Positions 10,181 to 19,622 of a DNA stretch of 64,000 nucleotides are shown in pieces; position 1 is the first letter of the stretch; each line of letters starts with the position of its first letter. This stretch comes from Escherichia coli. Its GTDB lineage: Bacteria; Pseudomonadota; Gammaproteobacteria; Enterobacterales; Enterobacteriaceae. Where the stretch lies: the NCBI RefSeq assembly GCF_003018235.1, contig NZ_CP027437.1; one strand, written 5' to 3'. The notes under the pieces are model-generated. The model had not been told where the DNA came from. It saw only the letters and a program-made list of their open reading frames with translations, and did not search any database. The translations under genes and the position numbers were made by a program.

Positions 10181-10917
10181 TTTTTTACGCTTTTCACAAA
10201 AAAATTAGAACCCGGAACCATTCTATTTAACCGCTCAATGACATTTCCCATATAACGAGAGCGCAGTTCCATACCAATATTCATTAACGCACTGGCGTCC
10301 CCGGAGAATGGTGTAGTTGCTTTATCTGCATCATCACTATAGTATTCATCAGCAAGATATCCAATAATATGCCCAAGCTCGTGAGACAGCCCTATTTGCT
10401 CATGGCAAACTTTTGATGAGCCAAGACATTTAGCTGCTGCAACTATATCTTTAGAGTCAAGTTCAACGTATCGACTATTCCAGACAATGGAACTCTGTCG
10501 AAAACTATTTGGATCATCATTATCAATTTTAAACACCACCACATCCCAATACCCATGACGATCAGTCTGAATTATTTCTATTGAGAAAGATAAATCCTTA
10601 CCATTAAACTTACTGGCAAACTCAGACTTCCCAGAAACGGATAAAAAAATCTTATTATTCCATGTTTGATTAATGACAAAAATAACTTCCCCATGAAAGG
10701 TATTTTTCTCCAAATCTGTCCAGTCAGTTTTTGCATCCCATCTTTTTATCCAATTATATTTCCATCTCAGCAACAATGAGATTGCACCATTTTCACGGTC
10801 AATTCTTAAATCTCCCCAGGCATCATTGTCCCTGAAATATCGTTTATCCAGCATTAAGTCGTCATAAGCATCGTATGCCTGCTGAATAGCCTCATCATGA
10901 GAGTTACCCATGATCAC
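10177..10917 (-). CDS. Hypothetical protein with HExxH zinc-metallopeptidase motif (SHELGHIIGYLADEY); candidate T6SS effector
   Basis: 246-aa AT-rich ORF between tagF and vgrG; HELGH motif followed by Gly and acidic residues; no signal peptide. Confidence 0.5.
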   Translation of the reverse strand: MIMGNSHDEAIQQAYDAYDDLMLDKRYFRDNDAWGDLRIDRENGAISLLLRWKYNWIKRWDAKTDWTDLEKNTFHGEVIFVINQTWNNKIFLSVSGKSEFASKFNGKDLSFSIEIIQTDRHGYWDVVVFKIDNDDPNSFRQSSIVWNSRYVELDSKDIVAAAKCLGSSKVCHEQIGLSHELGHIIGYLADEYYSDDADKATTPFSGDASALMNIGMELRSRYMGNVIERLNRMVPGSNFFVKSVKK

Positions 10918-11102
10918 CTCCTTATATTGCTATATATCCAATAAACCTGAAGATGCTTGCTTACCCACCAATGCAGACGGGACCAAGGGTAGCCTGAAGT
11001 CAACAGATAGCAATCAACTTGAAGTTCATGGGTATATTTTTTCCCCATCTACACGTTTATCGTCATATTTTTGTATAGCTATTCTCAGCATTCGTGGGCA
11101 CA

Positions 11103-11834
11103 TTATTTTTTCTCCAGTCGCAAAGCATCCACATACCGCCCTTCGCTGTTCTGCTGCCAGAACCAGCCCTGCCCCTGCTGCGCCTGCGTCAGCATTTTGT
11201 CCGGCCAGCCCGGCCACGGCAGGTGGCGCACACCGGGCAGTTCCACTACCGGCGCATCCGGCAGCCCGGTGAGTTCCCGGCTACGCTGCGGCACACGTCG
11301 TAGGCCGCGCAGCCATTGCGTCCAGCGCTGCCCCGGTCGCCACATCGCCCAGAGCTGGTCGGCCTGCTCTGCCAGTCGCCCGCGCCGTTCCGCCTGTGGT
11401 GCAACCTGCGCCGCCACCAGCCGCGCCAGCCAGTACAGCCAGCCCTGTGTGTCATCCAGGCTCTCTTCCAGCCATTCCCGCCCGGCACACTGGTAAATCA
11501 CCAGTGGCCACGGCCTGCCCGTACTGTCACGCGAGGCGGTCAGTACCCCGGTCAGCCACTCATCGCGCCCACCAATGGGTAAAAATCCCGGCGATAAAAC
11601 AAAGCTCCACGGTAGCGGATGGTGTTCCGGCACCGCCGTTTTCTCGCGCGGTGACAGATGCATCCAACCGTCAGTTACTCCGGTCTTCGCAGCATCCGTT
11701 CCTTCCGGCAGAACAATATGCCGCCCCTGTCCCAGCCACGTCTGCTGGTTCAGCCACGCCTGCCACACCTGCCCTTCGTTCGCACTCACCCGCCAGCGCA
11801 CATAGTCCCGCTGGTCCGGCAGTCTGCCGAACAT
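11103..11834 (-). CDS. tagF: TagF-like (DUF2094) T6SS accessory protein
   Basis: Directly downstream of tssM; N-terminus MFGRLPDQRDYV fits the FGKLPxxGDF pattern of TagF/ImpM. Start chosen at the internal Met to avoid overlapping tssM. Confidence 0.6.
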   Translation of the reverse strand: MFGRLPDQRDYVRWRVSANEGQVWQAWLNQQTWLGQGRHIVLPEGTDAAKTGVTDGWMHLSPREKTAVPEHHPLPWSFVLSPGFLPIGGRDEWLTGVLTASRDSTGRPWPLVIYQCAGREWLEESLDDTQGWLYWLARLVAAQVAPQAERRGRLAEQADQLWAMWRPGQRWTQWLRGLRRVPQRSRELTGLPDAPVVELPGVRHLPWPGWPDKMLTQAQQGQGWFWQQNSEGRYVDALRLEKK

Positions 11835-11863
11835 CGCCGGAGCCGATACCACTGCCCGGCGAA

Positions 11864-14800
11864 TCACAGCGCTCGCTCCGGGCAGGCGAAGCGTTGCAAT
11901 AGTCCGCGATCCACTGGGTCAAAATCCCGTCCGGCGGTGATTTCCAGTATCACCCGCCGACCATCAAAGCTGTACTCCACCTGCTGTGTTCCCCGTACCG
12001 CCGTTTCTTGCGCTTTTCCCGCATCCAGCAGGTGAAACAGCGCCCACGGTCCATTAGTCAGCAGCGTCGAGGTGTCCTGGCGGATGCGCGGGCTGGCGGT
12101 TATTTCCGCCATTGAGCCGTTGCGCGGACCCGGCCAGTTAACTTTCAGCGGCCTGACCGGGCCGTGAGCGTAACGCAGTACCTGGCCGTCAATGTCAATC
12201 ACCAGTTCGGTGATGGCCGGGTCCATATCCACGACGCGGACCTGCATCGCCCATGAGAACTTTTTCCCTCCGTCGCCGTTAAAAAACACGCTGCGGATCT
12301 GTTTCGCCTCCTGAAACGGCGTCAGGTCCGGCCCCTGTAAGGTCATGTTGCCTTCGGTCGGTTTGTAGCGCCACGGATTGCTGGCGGTGTCCGCCTGTGG
12401 GGCCAGTTGCTTCGTCCAGAAGGCATCCAGCACGCCGCCGCTGGCAAAGATACGGTTAAAATCGTCCGCGCTGACCTCCTGCGGGCTGTCGGTGAAGGGG
12501 TAGCGCCCGTCGATGGCGTCGCGGCACTCATCACCGATCACCGCTTCCATCTGCGCGTTCAGCACTTCACCGGTGCCGGCGTTGATTTTTCGCGTTCCCT
12601 GCTGCGTGAGATCCAGCAGAATATTTTTCAGCGGCGCGGGCAGTTTTGCCGCCTCCAGTTGCAGTTTATCCGCCGCAGAAATGCGCCCCGGCAGAGTGCT
12701 CGCAGCCAGCGCACTGTCGGCAATGGTGAGCTGAGTGTAATACTCATTGAGCATCGTCAGCAGCGAATTTAATTGCGGCACGCCGCCGCCCTGCCCGCTG
12801 TCCGTCCGCCCGGAAACCACTTCCCGCAGGGCGGCGAAGCGGTCTTCCACCAGTGATTTTTCCAGCCGCTCTTCCGGGTGAATGTCCTGCAACAGCTTCG
12901 CCGTCTGCACCGCTTTTCCCGCATTGCCGGAGAGCCGGTCCTGCGCGCGCTGGGCCATCTGCTTTTGTCTGGCCTGCGCATCCAGAGGCGGCACCAGCGT
13001 GGTCTGCACCACCACCGCTTTACTCAGGCGCATCAGCGGGGAATCCGGCGAGGCCAGAGTGCGGAGCACCTGAAGGTCATACGCTAGTCCAGGGCTACCG
13101 TCCTCCCCGGCGCTGTTGATGCTGTGAATGCTTGCCAGAAAATCCTGCCATCGGCGAGCATATTCAGCCAGGTACAGACGACGTACCTCACGGGTAACCG
13201 GGAGTTCCTGCCCCGGTAGCTGACTCATCACAATATCAGTCGTTTTTTTTTGCGCACTTTCCCGGCCCATCACCCAGGCGTCGTCCGCTGATGCGGCGGC
13301 GACAAACTCCGACAGCCGTTTGTCGAACAGTTCCCGGTAGCCTTCGCGGGTGAAGATGCCGGGCACGCCCCTGTCCAGCGGCGCGCCATCCGTGCGGACA
13401 AAAACCGTTCCCGCATCCGCGCCCACAGCGCGAACCAGCGAAAACTCCTGCGGTGCTTCGCTCTCCATGGAAGCCAGGGCTCGAGTGTAGATACGCTCAG
13501 TGCTGTTATGGCCGTCAAGGAAGGCCCGCGCCTGGCGGATCAGCCCCTCATCTTTTTCCCAGGGCGAATGCACCACGCGGCTGCCGTCAAACAGGGCGTC
13601 AATATGCTCCAGCACGGCTGCGCGACCGCCAAACTCCGCTACGCTGTCGCGGTTGTCCAGATCGTTCAGCACCCAGGCGTGGATCTCCGCCGCGTTGTAT
13701 TTGTCCTCGTGGTCCTTATCGAGGTTCAGCAGCAGATAAACATGCAGGGCGTCATAGGCGGCTTTGCTGTCCTGACGCGCAATCGCATCTGAAAGCACGT
13801 ATTCCATTCGTTTCACCAGCGGAGGGAGCAGTAGCTGGTCCAGCAGGCGGTCATACAGGGATGCGACACTCTCCATCACCGGCGGGACGCTGTAAAGACC
13901 ATAACGCCAGGCCAGCGGCGGCGAGTCCGGGTCCATCCCCGGCCAGGCAGAGAGCGCCCGCGCCTGATTCAGCAGGGCCGGAACAGGCTGCATAGCAGGT
14001 TTTCCGGTATAGGCTTTGACATCACCATCCAGTTGGGTCGTCCGGCTGGCGATTTCATTCAGATAACCGCTGTTACCCTGCTGGCTACCCTGCATTCCCT
14101 GCCACAACCAGAAAACCAGCGCCAATACCAGCAGATGCCCGCCGGTACGCAGCAGGCGATAACGCCAGGCCCATTGAAGATTCGGCTCCACCAGGTGCGC
14201 TTCGCGGAAGATAAACCGCGTCAGTAGATCGTGCAGGAAATAGCTGCGGTTGCCGTCCGGCAGGGTATGGGATGGGGAATCTGCCTTCCCTTTGATCGCC
14301 CGGACAAAACGCTGCCAGATGCCTGTCTGATCGGCCACCGCGTCTGCCTGCGCCTGCGCGGCACTGGTGAAAAATACGCCGCGCAGGGTGTTGTTAAGCT
14401 GGGTAGCATCAAATTTTGAATCGAGGAAAATCTGTTCAATAGCTTCCAGCAGCGGCGCGCCCAGCGCGGCAAATTCACGCGGGAAGCGGTAGAGCCGCTG
14501 ACGGCTTTTAAGGTCGTACTCTTCCTGCAACCGGGTATCCAGCCCCTGATCCAGCCGCTGTGTCAGGTTTGCCAGTTCCCGGCCACAGAGCGCATGCAGC
14601 GACTGCGGATCGCTGGCGTGACGCCTGCGGCTGTAAGGCAGGGTGAAGCCCCAGACCTGGGCTCGCAGGTGACTGGTCAACCCACGGAAATACTCCGTAA
14701 AGCCCGGCAGCAGATCCATCTTGGTGACAACCAGATAGACCGGAAAACGAATGCCCAGCGTCTCCCGCAGTTCCGCCAGCCGCGCACGCAGAGCTGCACA

Positions 14801-15730
14801 GGCAGCCAGCCGTTCCGCCGGGGACTGCGCGGTCAGATCCGCCACGTTCAGCGTCAGGATCACGCCGTTGAGCGGTGCGCCTGGGCGGTGTTTACGCAGC
14901 AGCCCCAGAAACCCCTGCCATTCCCCGGCGTTACGCTGGGTCGCGCTGATTTCGCCGCCGTCATCGTGTCGGGCATAGCGCCCGGCGGTATCAATAAGCA
15001 CTGCTTCGTTGGTAAACCACCAGTCGCAGTGCAGCGTGCCGCCGCCCGGCACGGTGAGGATATGCGCGGTCTGCTCCATCTGCTCCGCCAGCGGAAACTG
15101 TAGCCCGGTGTTAAGCAGCGCAGTGGTTTTACCATCGCCGGGGCTGCCGATAACCATAAACCACGGCAGTTCGTACAGAAAACGCTTTCCTTCCAGGACT
15201 TTTCGCCAGCCAGGAAGATCCACACGCAGTTGTTTCAGTTGCCGGATGGCGCGGCTGACAATATGGCTGACGGTACGCAGGTCGGCTTTAATTTCCCCTG
15301 CCACAGGTACGTCTTCCCCACGCGGATGCAGGAAACGGCGCAGCAGTTGTTCATCCAGACGCAGCGCCCGCCACAGCCGGTACAGGCCATACAGAGCATA
15401 AGTCAGCAGGATCAGACCGATAAGCGTCAGACGCAGCCACAGCGGCGCAAATGGATGAACATCACCGAGGGACAGCAGGGGTGAAACAAAACCGATGACC
15501 AGGCACAGAACCGTCACGCCAATGATGCTCATCGACCAGTTAACCAGCCACAGTGCGAGGAACATCAGTAACAGAACGATGGTGACTACCCGACTTCCCA
15601 CGGACGCGAGCGGATGCAGGGTGTCAAACGCCACCAGCGGCCCAACAAACCAGACCAGCAACGCCAGCATCACCACGCCAACAATGGCCAGCGCGCGGCG
15701 GGAAAACAGCATACTGAGAAATTTTTGCAT
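11864..15730 (-). CDS. tssM: TssM (IcmF-like) T6SS membrane complex protein
   Basis: 1288 aa; N-terminal TM helices; Walker A GSPGDGKTT; large periplasmic C-terminal domain. Confidence 0.9.
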   Translation of the reverse strand: MQKFLSMLFSRRALAIVGVVMLALLVWFVGPLVAFDTLHPLASVGSRVVTIVLLLMFLALWLVNWSMSIIGVTVLCLVIGFVSPLLSLGDVHPFAPLWLRLTLIGLILLTYALYGLYRLWRALRLDEQLLRRFLHPRGEDVPVAGEIKADLRTVSHIVSRAIRQLKQLRVDLPGWRKVLEGKRFLYELPWFMVIGSPGDGKTTALLNTGLQFPLAEQMEQTAHILTVPGGGTLHCDWWFTNEAVLIDTAGRYARHDDGGEISATQRNAGEWQGFLGLLRKHRPGAPLNGVILTLNVADLTAQSPAERLAACAALRARLAELRETLGIRFPVYLVVTKMDLLPGFTEYFRGLTSHLRAQVWGFTLPYSRRRHASDPQSLHALCGRELANLTQRLDQGLDTRLQEEYDLKSRQRLYRFPREFAALGAPLLEAIEQIFLDSKFDATQLNNTLRGVFFTSAAQAQADAVADQTGIWQRFVRAIKGKADSPSHTLPDGNRSYFLHDLLTRFIFREAHLVEPNLQWAWRYRLLRTGGHLLVLALVFWLWQGMQGSQQGNSGYLNEIASRTTQLDGDVKAYTGKPAMQPVPALLNQARALSAWPGMDPDSPPLAWRYGLYSVPPVMESVASLYDRLLDQLLLPPLVKRMEYVLSDAIARQDSKAAYDALHVYLLLNLDKDHEDKYNAAEIHAWVLNDLDNRDSVAEFGGRAAVLEHIDALFDGSRVVHSPWEKDEGLIRQARAFLDGHNSTERIYTRALASMESEAPQEFSLVRAVGADAGTVFVRTDGAPLDRGVPGIFTREGYRELFDKRLSEFVAAASADDAWVMGRESAQKKTTDIVMSQLPGQELPVTREVRRLYLAEYARRWQDFLASIHSINSAGEDGSPGLAYDLQVLRTLASPDSPLMRLSKAVVVQTTLVPPLDAQARQKQMAQRAQDRLSGNAGKAVQTAKLLQDIHPEERLEKSLVEDRFAALREVVSGRTDSGQGGGVPQLNSLLTMLNEYYTQLTIADSALAASTLPGRISAADKLQLEAAKLPAPLKNILLDLTQQGTRKINAGTGEVLNAQMEAVIGDECRDAIDGRYPFTDSPQEVSADDFNRIFASGGVLDAFWTKQLAPQADTASNPWRYKPTEGNMTLQGPDLTPFQEAKQIRSVFFNGDGGKKFSWAMQVRVVDMDPAITELVIDIDGQVLRYAHGPVRPLKVNWPGPRNGSMAEITASPRIRQDTSTLLTNGPWALFHLLDAGKAQETAVRGTQQVEYSFDGRRVILEITAGRDFDPVDRGLLQRFACPERAL

Positions 15731-15949
15731 TATTGTTCAGAACTCCACATTGTAATCATCAACAATAAAAGGCCACAAGCTGAAAATGTTTTCCCGATTC
15801 AGCACAAAAAAATAGATGGCGATCCGAAACATCACTAAACCTGAAAAATAAAATTTCGCAGCATCATTTTATTTACATCATCACGCAACAACGTTGTCAT
15901 TATTAGGTTTATGCTCAATATTTTAATTTATATACAAAATCATTCGAGT

Positions 15950-16050
15950 TGCATCAAGGCGGCAAGCGAGAGGATCCCGAAGCATTTATTCCGGTAAGTG
16001 ACTCGGGTGAACGAGTGCAGTCAACGCAGAGGCAACCTGAAGGATAAGGT
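15950..16050. repeat. ERIC/IRU-like intergenic repeat
   Basis: Contains GGTAAGTGACTCGGGTGAACGAGTGCAGTCAACGCAGAGGCAACCTGAAGG, closely resembling the ERIC core (AAGTAAGTGACTGGGGTGAGCG...), in the gap between the Tldi1-like gene and tssM. Confidence 0.5.
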
Positions 16051-16057
16051 GTATACA

Positions 16058-16513
16058 TCAAAATTCTCTGGATAGAATAATATAGCCATTGAATCTTACG
16101 GAACACTCATTTTCATTAATAAGGCCGGATGCAATAACAACATCTTTCCCCCTGTCATTGTTAATATAGGTATATTTTGCCACAATAGACTTAGCATGAT
16201 TTTCATAGTAGCTATCAAAATACGATTTTTCATCTAACATTGCCTTCTTATTTCTGGCTTTGTCCTTCTCATAATCAATCTTAGCCAGAGACTCTGCATA
16301 AAACTTAGACACAGGAGAAACATCAAGAACTTCTACCCTTGTTTTATCTCTTAAAATAGTAGAAGAATTTATATTCAAATCACTTTTCATTGCATCAAAT
16401 AACGACAACTCTATTGAGGCTCCAACCGTAGCGCAACCATCATTTTGTGCATATGAAATTGCAGGTATGCCAGCTAACAGGCAGATTATTACCTTGAACA
16501 TATTAGTCCTCAA
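16058..16513 (-). CDS. Periplasmic protein, candidate Tldi1-like immunity protein
   Basis: 151 aa with signal peptide (MFKVIICLLAGIPAISYAQ); AT-rich; overlaps the upstream effector-like gene. Confidence 0.5.
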   Translation of the reverse strand: MRTNMFKVIICLLAGIPAISYAQNDGCATVGASIELSLFDAMKSDLNINSSTILRDKTRVEVLDVSPVSKFYAESLAKIDYEKDKARNKKAMLDEKSYFDSYYENHAKSIVAKYTYINNDRGKDVVIASGLINENECSVRFNGYIILSREF

Positions 16514-16871
16514 CCACTAATATTTTATCAGTACTGGCAGCAATAACCTTGCGATAAGGTAAATCCAGAATTATACAGCCATCAGAGGCTTCTCCTGGAT
16601 GGGCTGAACTCTCTCCGTGTATCATGAAACCGTCACGCCCGCACATTTGATTTTCGGGGTAAGGCGTGAGCCTCATCGTCCATGCTCTTGTTCTTGCATG
16701 AAAAAATGCAGGTCCAATTGTATATGAACCTCTTGGCAATGGTCCCTTATCTCTTACACACTCATTAACAGAGTCATCTTTAAAACCCGGTCTGCCAGAA
16801 TATCTGGCATTGAACTGATAGCTACCATTTAAATAAAATGAACGTGCATTAATTTTGTATACCCAAGGCAT
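16503..16871 (-). CDS. Tlde1-like (DUF2778, L,D-transpeptidase-fold) candidate T6SS effector
   Basis: 122 aa; motif IHGESSAHPGEASDGCIIL (His ... x14 ... Gly-Cys) resembles the L,D-transpeptidase/Tlde1 catalytic motif; AT-rich; followed by a signal-peptide protein. Confidence 0.5.
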   Translation of the reverse strand: MPWVYKINARSFYLNGSYQFNARYSGRPGFKDDSVNECVRDKGPLPRGSYTIGPAFFHARTRAWTMRLTPYPENQMCGRDGFMIHGESSAHPGEASDGCIILDLPYRKVIAASTDKILVVED

Positions 16872-16962
16872 TACACAATCTCCTTTTTGTTAAAAAATAA
16901 TAGTCAGATCAGAACACCATATTTTATTGTTAGTTTTCTGACCTAACCATAGTCATATTAAT

Positions 16963-18279
16963 TCACTCCACCACCAGAATTTCCACCCGACGGTTCTGCG
17001 CCCGTCCGGTTTTAGTGCGGTTATCGGCCACCGGTACGGTATCTCCTTTCCCGACAACCCGGATCCGGCTGGCCGGAATACCACCGGACGTCAGCAGTGA
17101 AGCCACTTCCGCCGCCCGTTTTTCCGACAATACCTGGTTGGACGGGAATTCAGCGGAGTGGATCGGCTGGCTGTCCGTGTGGCCGGTCACCGTCACCGCG
17201 CCCCCCACACGCGCAATCTCACGCGCGGCCTTGTCAATCACCGGGCGCAGCGCATCATTCACGGTTTTCTGCCCCGGTATAAACATCGTATCGCCACGAA
17301 AGATTACACGGCTGTGATGGTCATCTTCCTCCACCGTCAGCAGGCCACGGGCGATTTCGTTCGCCAGCAGGATTTTCAGCCGCAGTTTATGCACTGGAAC
17401 GGGTGGCGGCGGTAGATTTTTACCAATGGCGTCGATACGCTGTTGTACGGTTTCGGTGGCGAGGTTCATCCGGTGGCTGTAAAGGCCAAACAGCGTCAGC
17501 ATCACCAGCAGGGCGATTCCGGCGCTCAGCCAGACCGGCACCCGGCGCATCCGCCGCATTCGCCCACTGACGGCACCGGCAAAACCCGGCGAGAGCGTCG
17601 GCGTGATCGGATCGCGACGCTGGACCAGTTGAGTCAGCAGTTGCTGGCGGATATCGTCCAGTTGTTTACGCCCGTCAGGCCGTACACTGTAGCGGCCTTC
17701 AAAACCCAGTCCCAGAATGTGGTAAATGATTTCCAGTACATCGCTGTGCTCCTGGAAGCTGGCGGCCAGACGCCCGATTATCTGAAACAGCTTGATGCCG
17801 CCTTCACTTTCGCCATGAAAAGTCACCAGCAGGCTCTTCCCGGCCCAGACACCGCGTCGCCCCCAGACGGTGTTGTTGGCAGCTTCATCCAGCGCCGTGC
17901 ACACGCAGTAACGTACCGCCAGCACATGTTCGCGGCGCAGGTTTGCCTGGTCGCACAGCGTCTGATACCGGCGGACTTCACGCTCCAGTAGGGCGCGATA
18001 ATGTTCGACAAAACCAGGGGAAAGTTCACGGGGCATTTGCGCCAGCGCGCATAACAGAGGGCTGGCCGCCGCCAGAAGAGGATTCACAGCAGCAGTGATC
18101 TCAGCCAAGCGGAGCTTCAAATCTGGCCCGTCTTCAACCACCACCTTTATATCTTCCCTGCGAAGGCTGTCCTGGACGAGCGTATCGTAACCGTCATTAT
18201 CAGGCGACCTTGTTCCCCTTATTGAAGGCTGTAATTGCAGGGTATTCACCGCAGGTTGCGTCAGAATATCGTCGGTCAT
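16963..18279 (-). CDS. tssL: TssL (DotU-like) fused to a C-terminal OmpA/MotB-type peptidoglycan-binding domain
   Basis: 438 aa; central TM segment; C-terminus ...VTGHTDSQ...SEKRAAEVASLL...NRRVEILV is a typical OmpA-like motif. Confidence 0.85.
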   Translation of the reverse strand: MTDDILTQPAVNTLQLQPSIRGTRSPDNDGYDTLVQDSLRREDIKVVVEDGPDLKLRLAEITAAVNPLLAAASPLLCALAQMPRELSPGFVEHYRALLEREVRRYQTLCDQANLRREHVLAVRYCVCTALDEAANNTVWGRRGVWAGKSLLVTFHGESEGGIKLFQIIGRLAASFQEHSDVLEIIYHILGLGFEGRYSVRPDGRKQLDDIRQQLLTQLVQRRDPITPTLSPGFAGAVSGRMRRMRRVPVWLSAGIALLVMLTLFGLYSHRMNLATETVQQRIDAIGKNLPPPPVPVHKLRLKILLANEIARGLLTVEEDDHHSRVIFRGDTMFIPGQKTVNDALRPVIDKAAREIARVGGAVTVTGHTDSQPIHSAEFPSNQVLSEKRAAEVASLLTSGGIPASRIRVVGKGDTVPVADNRTKTGRAQNRRVEILVVE

Positions 18280-19619
18280 TTATCGCGAACTCCCCACAGC
18301 TCCAGCTCCAGCCCTGGAAACTCTCCGGCGGTATGCATTGCCATGCCACCATAGCGGGCGATATGTTCCCACAACACGCCGTCGCGGCGGATGTCGTAAT
18401 AGATGTAACCGGACTGGAACGGGATCTGACGCGGTGGCACTGGCAGCATCTGTAGAACAAGACCAGGAAGGTGCGAGCGAATCAGTTCCGGCAGGCGTTC
18501 TGACGGCCCTATTTTGGTCTGAGCCGAAAAATGTTGTAGTAAGGTGTCGGCGGACATCTGTGCCTTCACCGCCAATACTAACGAGCTGAAATCTGACAGT
18601 TCGGTAGGTTCAACCACCGCATTGAGAATACCGTAAGTTCCCTCTTCCAGAGGGATTCGCTGCGCCCCACGTATTAGCACAGCATTCAGCAGATACTGAA
18701 CCTCGTCCACCACCGATTTCAGCCCGGCATAGGGCGTCAGGTGCTTATATTCTTTATATTCTTCCGGACGACGTGTTTGCGGACGCACGTAGGTAGAGAG
18801 TTCTCCGGCCAGTGCGCAGAGGTTACGATAGAGTACTTCAGGCGATAGCGGCGTTTTCGACATATGGATCAATAAGGGGCCGAAACGATTAAGAACTTGC
18901 AGAAGCAGGTAATCCGACACTTCCGCCGCTTCATGACCGTGTTTGTCGCTCCCCGTCAATCGTTCCGCCAGCGAATCTGCACGCATTTTTATCAGATCGT
19001 TAATCCACGACAGCCAGGTACATATCAGCGTACTGGCCTGGTAGTTCGCCACTGGCGGGATCAACTCTTTGTCTATATCGACCCGACCATCGGGATGCAG
19101 CGCCGTGATGCGCGTCAGCGGCAGGCCGATCCACGCGTCTGTCACCGCCTTTTCCGGTAACAGTCGCAAGCGCAGGTGGCTAAGTTGCAGCAGTTGCGCG
19201 CCTCGCCCCAGCGAATTGGCATCACGGATTTCACTTTCATGTACCGAAAAACGTGCCAGTGATTCAGGGTTATTGTCGAAACTGGTTTCTTCACTGTTCG
19301 GCGTACGTATTGGCACAGCCAGATAAATCAACTGGTTAAGATGTTCTGGAAGGATGGTCAGAGGCGGCGGGAGTGGTGTATGACCCGGCGCATTAAAAGG
19401 TGTACCGTCAGCAAATACCCCGGAAGCCTTCGTAAGTACCAGTTTTCCGATGTTCAGCGCCTCACTACCAATACCATACTCATTGAAGCCCCAGTAAAAA
19501 GGTGAAAGAGGCAAACTGCGATAATGAATGACATGTTCCAGATAGCGTTCCTGCTGCTGAAACATCTGTGGCAACAAAAATTGTCCTTCACTCCAGACCA
19601 CCCGGTTATTCCAACTCAT
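18276..19619 (-). CDS. tssK: TssK baseplate protein
   Basis: 447 aa; N-terminus MSWNNRVVWSEGQFLLPQMFQQQ is characteristic of TssK. Confidence 0.9.
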   Translation of the reverse strand: MSWNNRVVWSEGQFLLPQMFQQQERYLEHVIHYRSLPLSPFYWGFNEYGIGSEALNIGKLVLTKASGVFADGTPFNAPGHTPLPPPLTILPEHLNQLIYLAVPIRTPNSEETSFDNNPESLARFSVHESEIRDANSLGRGAQLLQLSHLRLRLLPEKAVTDAWIGLPLTRITALHPDGRVDIDKELIPPVANYQASTLICTWLSWINDLIKMRADSLAERLTGSDKHGHEAAEVSDYLLLQVLNRFGPLLIHMSKTPLSPEVLYRNLCALAGELSTYVRPQTRRPEEYKEYKHLTPYAGLKSVVDEVQYLLNAVLIRGAQRIPLEEGTYGILNAVVEPTELSDFSSLVLAVKAQMSADTLLQHFSAQTKIGPSERLPELIRSHLPGLVLQMLPVPPRQIPFQSGYIYYDIRRDGVLWEHIARYGGMAMHTAGEFPGLELELWGVRDK

Positions 19620-19622
19620 AAT

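Noticed and set aside
12407-15755. Numerous 60-180-aa ORFs on both strands within tssM
   Set aside because: All are nested in or antisense to the 1288-aa tssM frame, which has clear Walker A and TM features.
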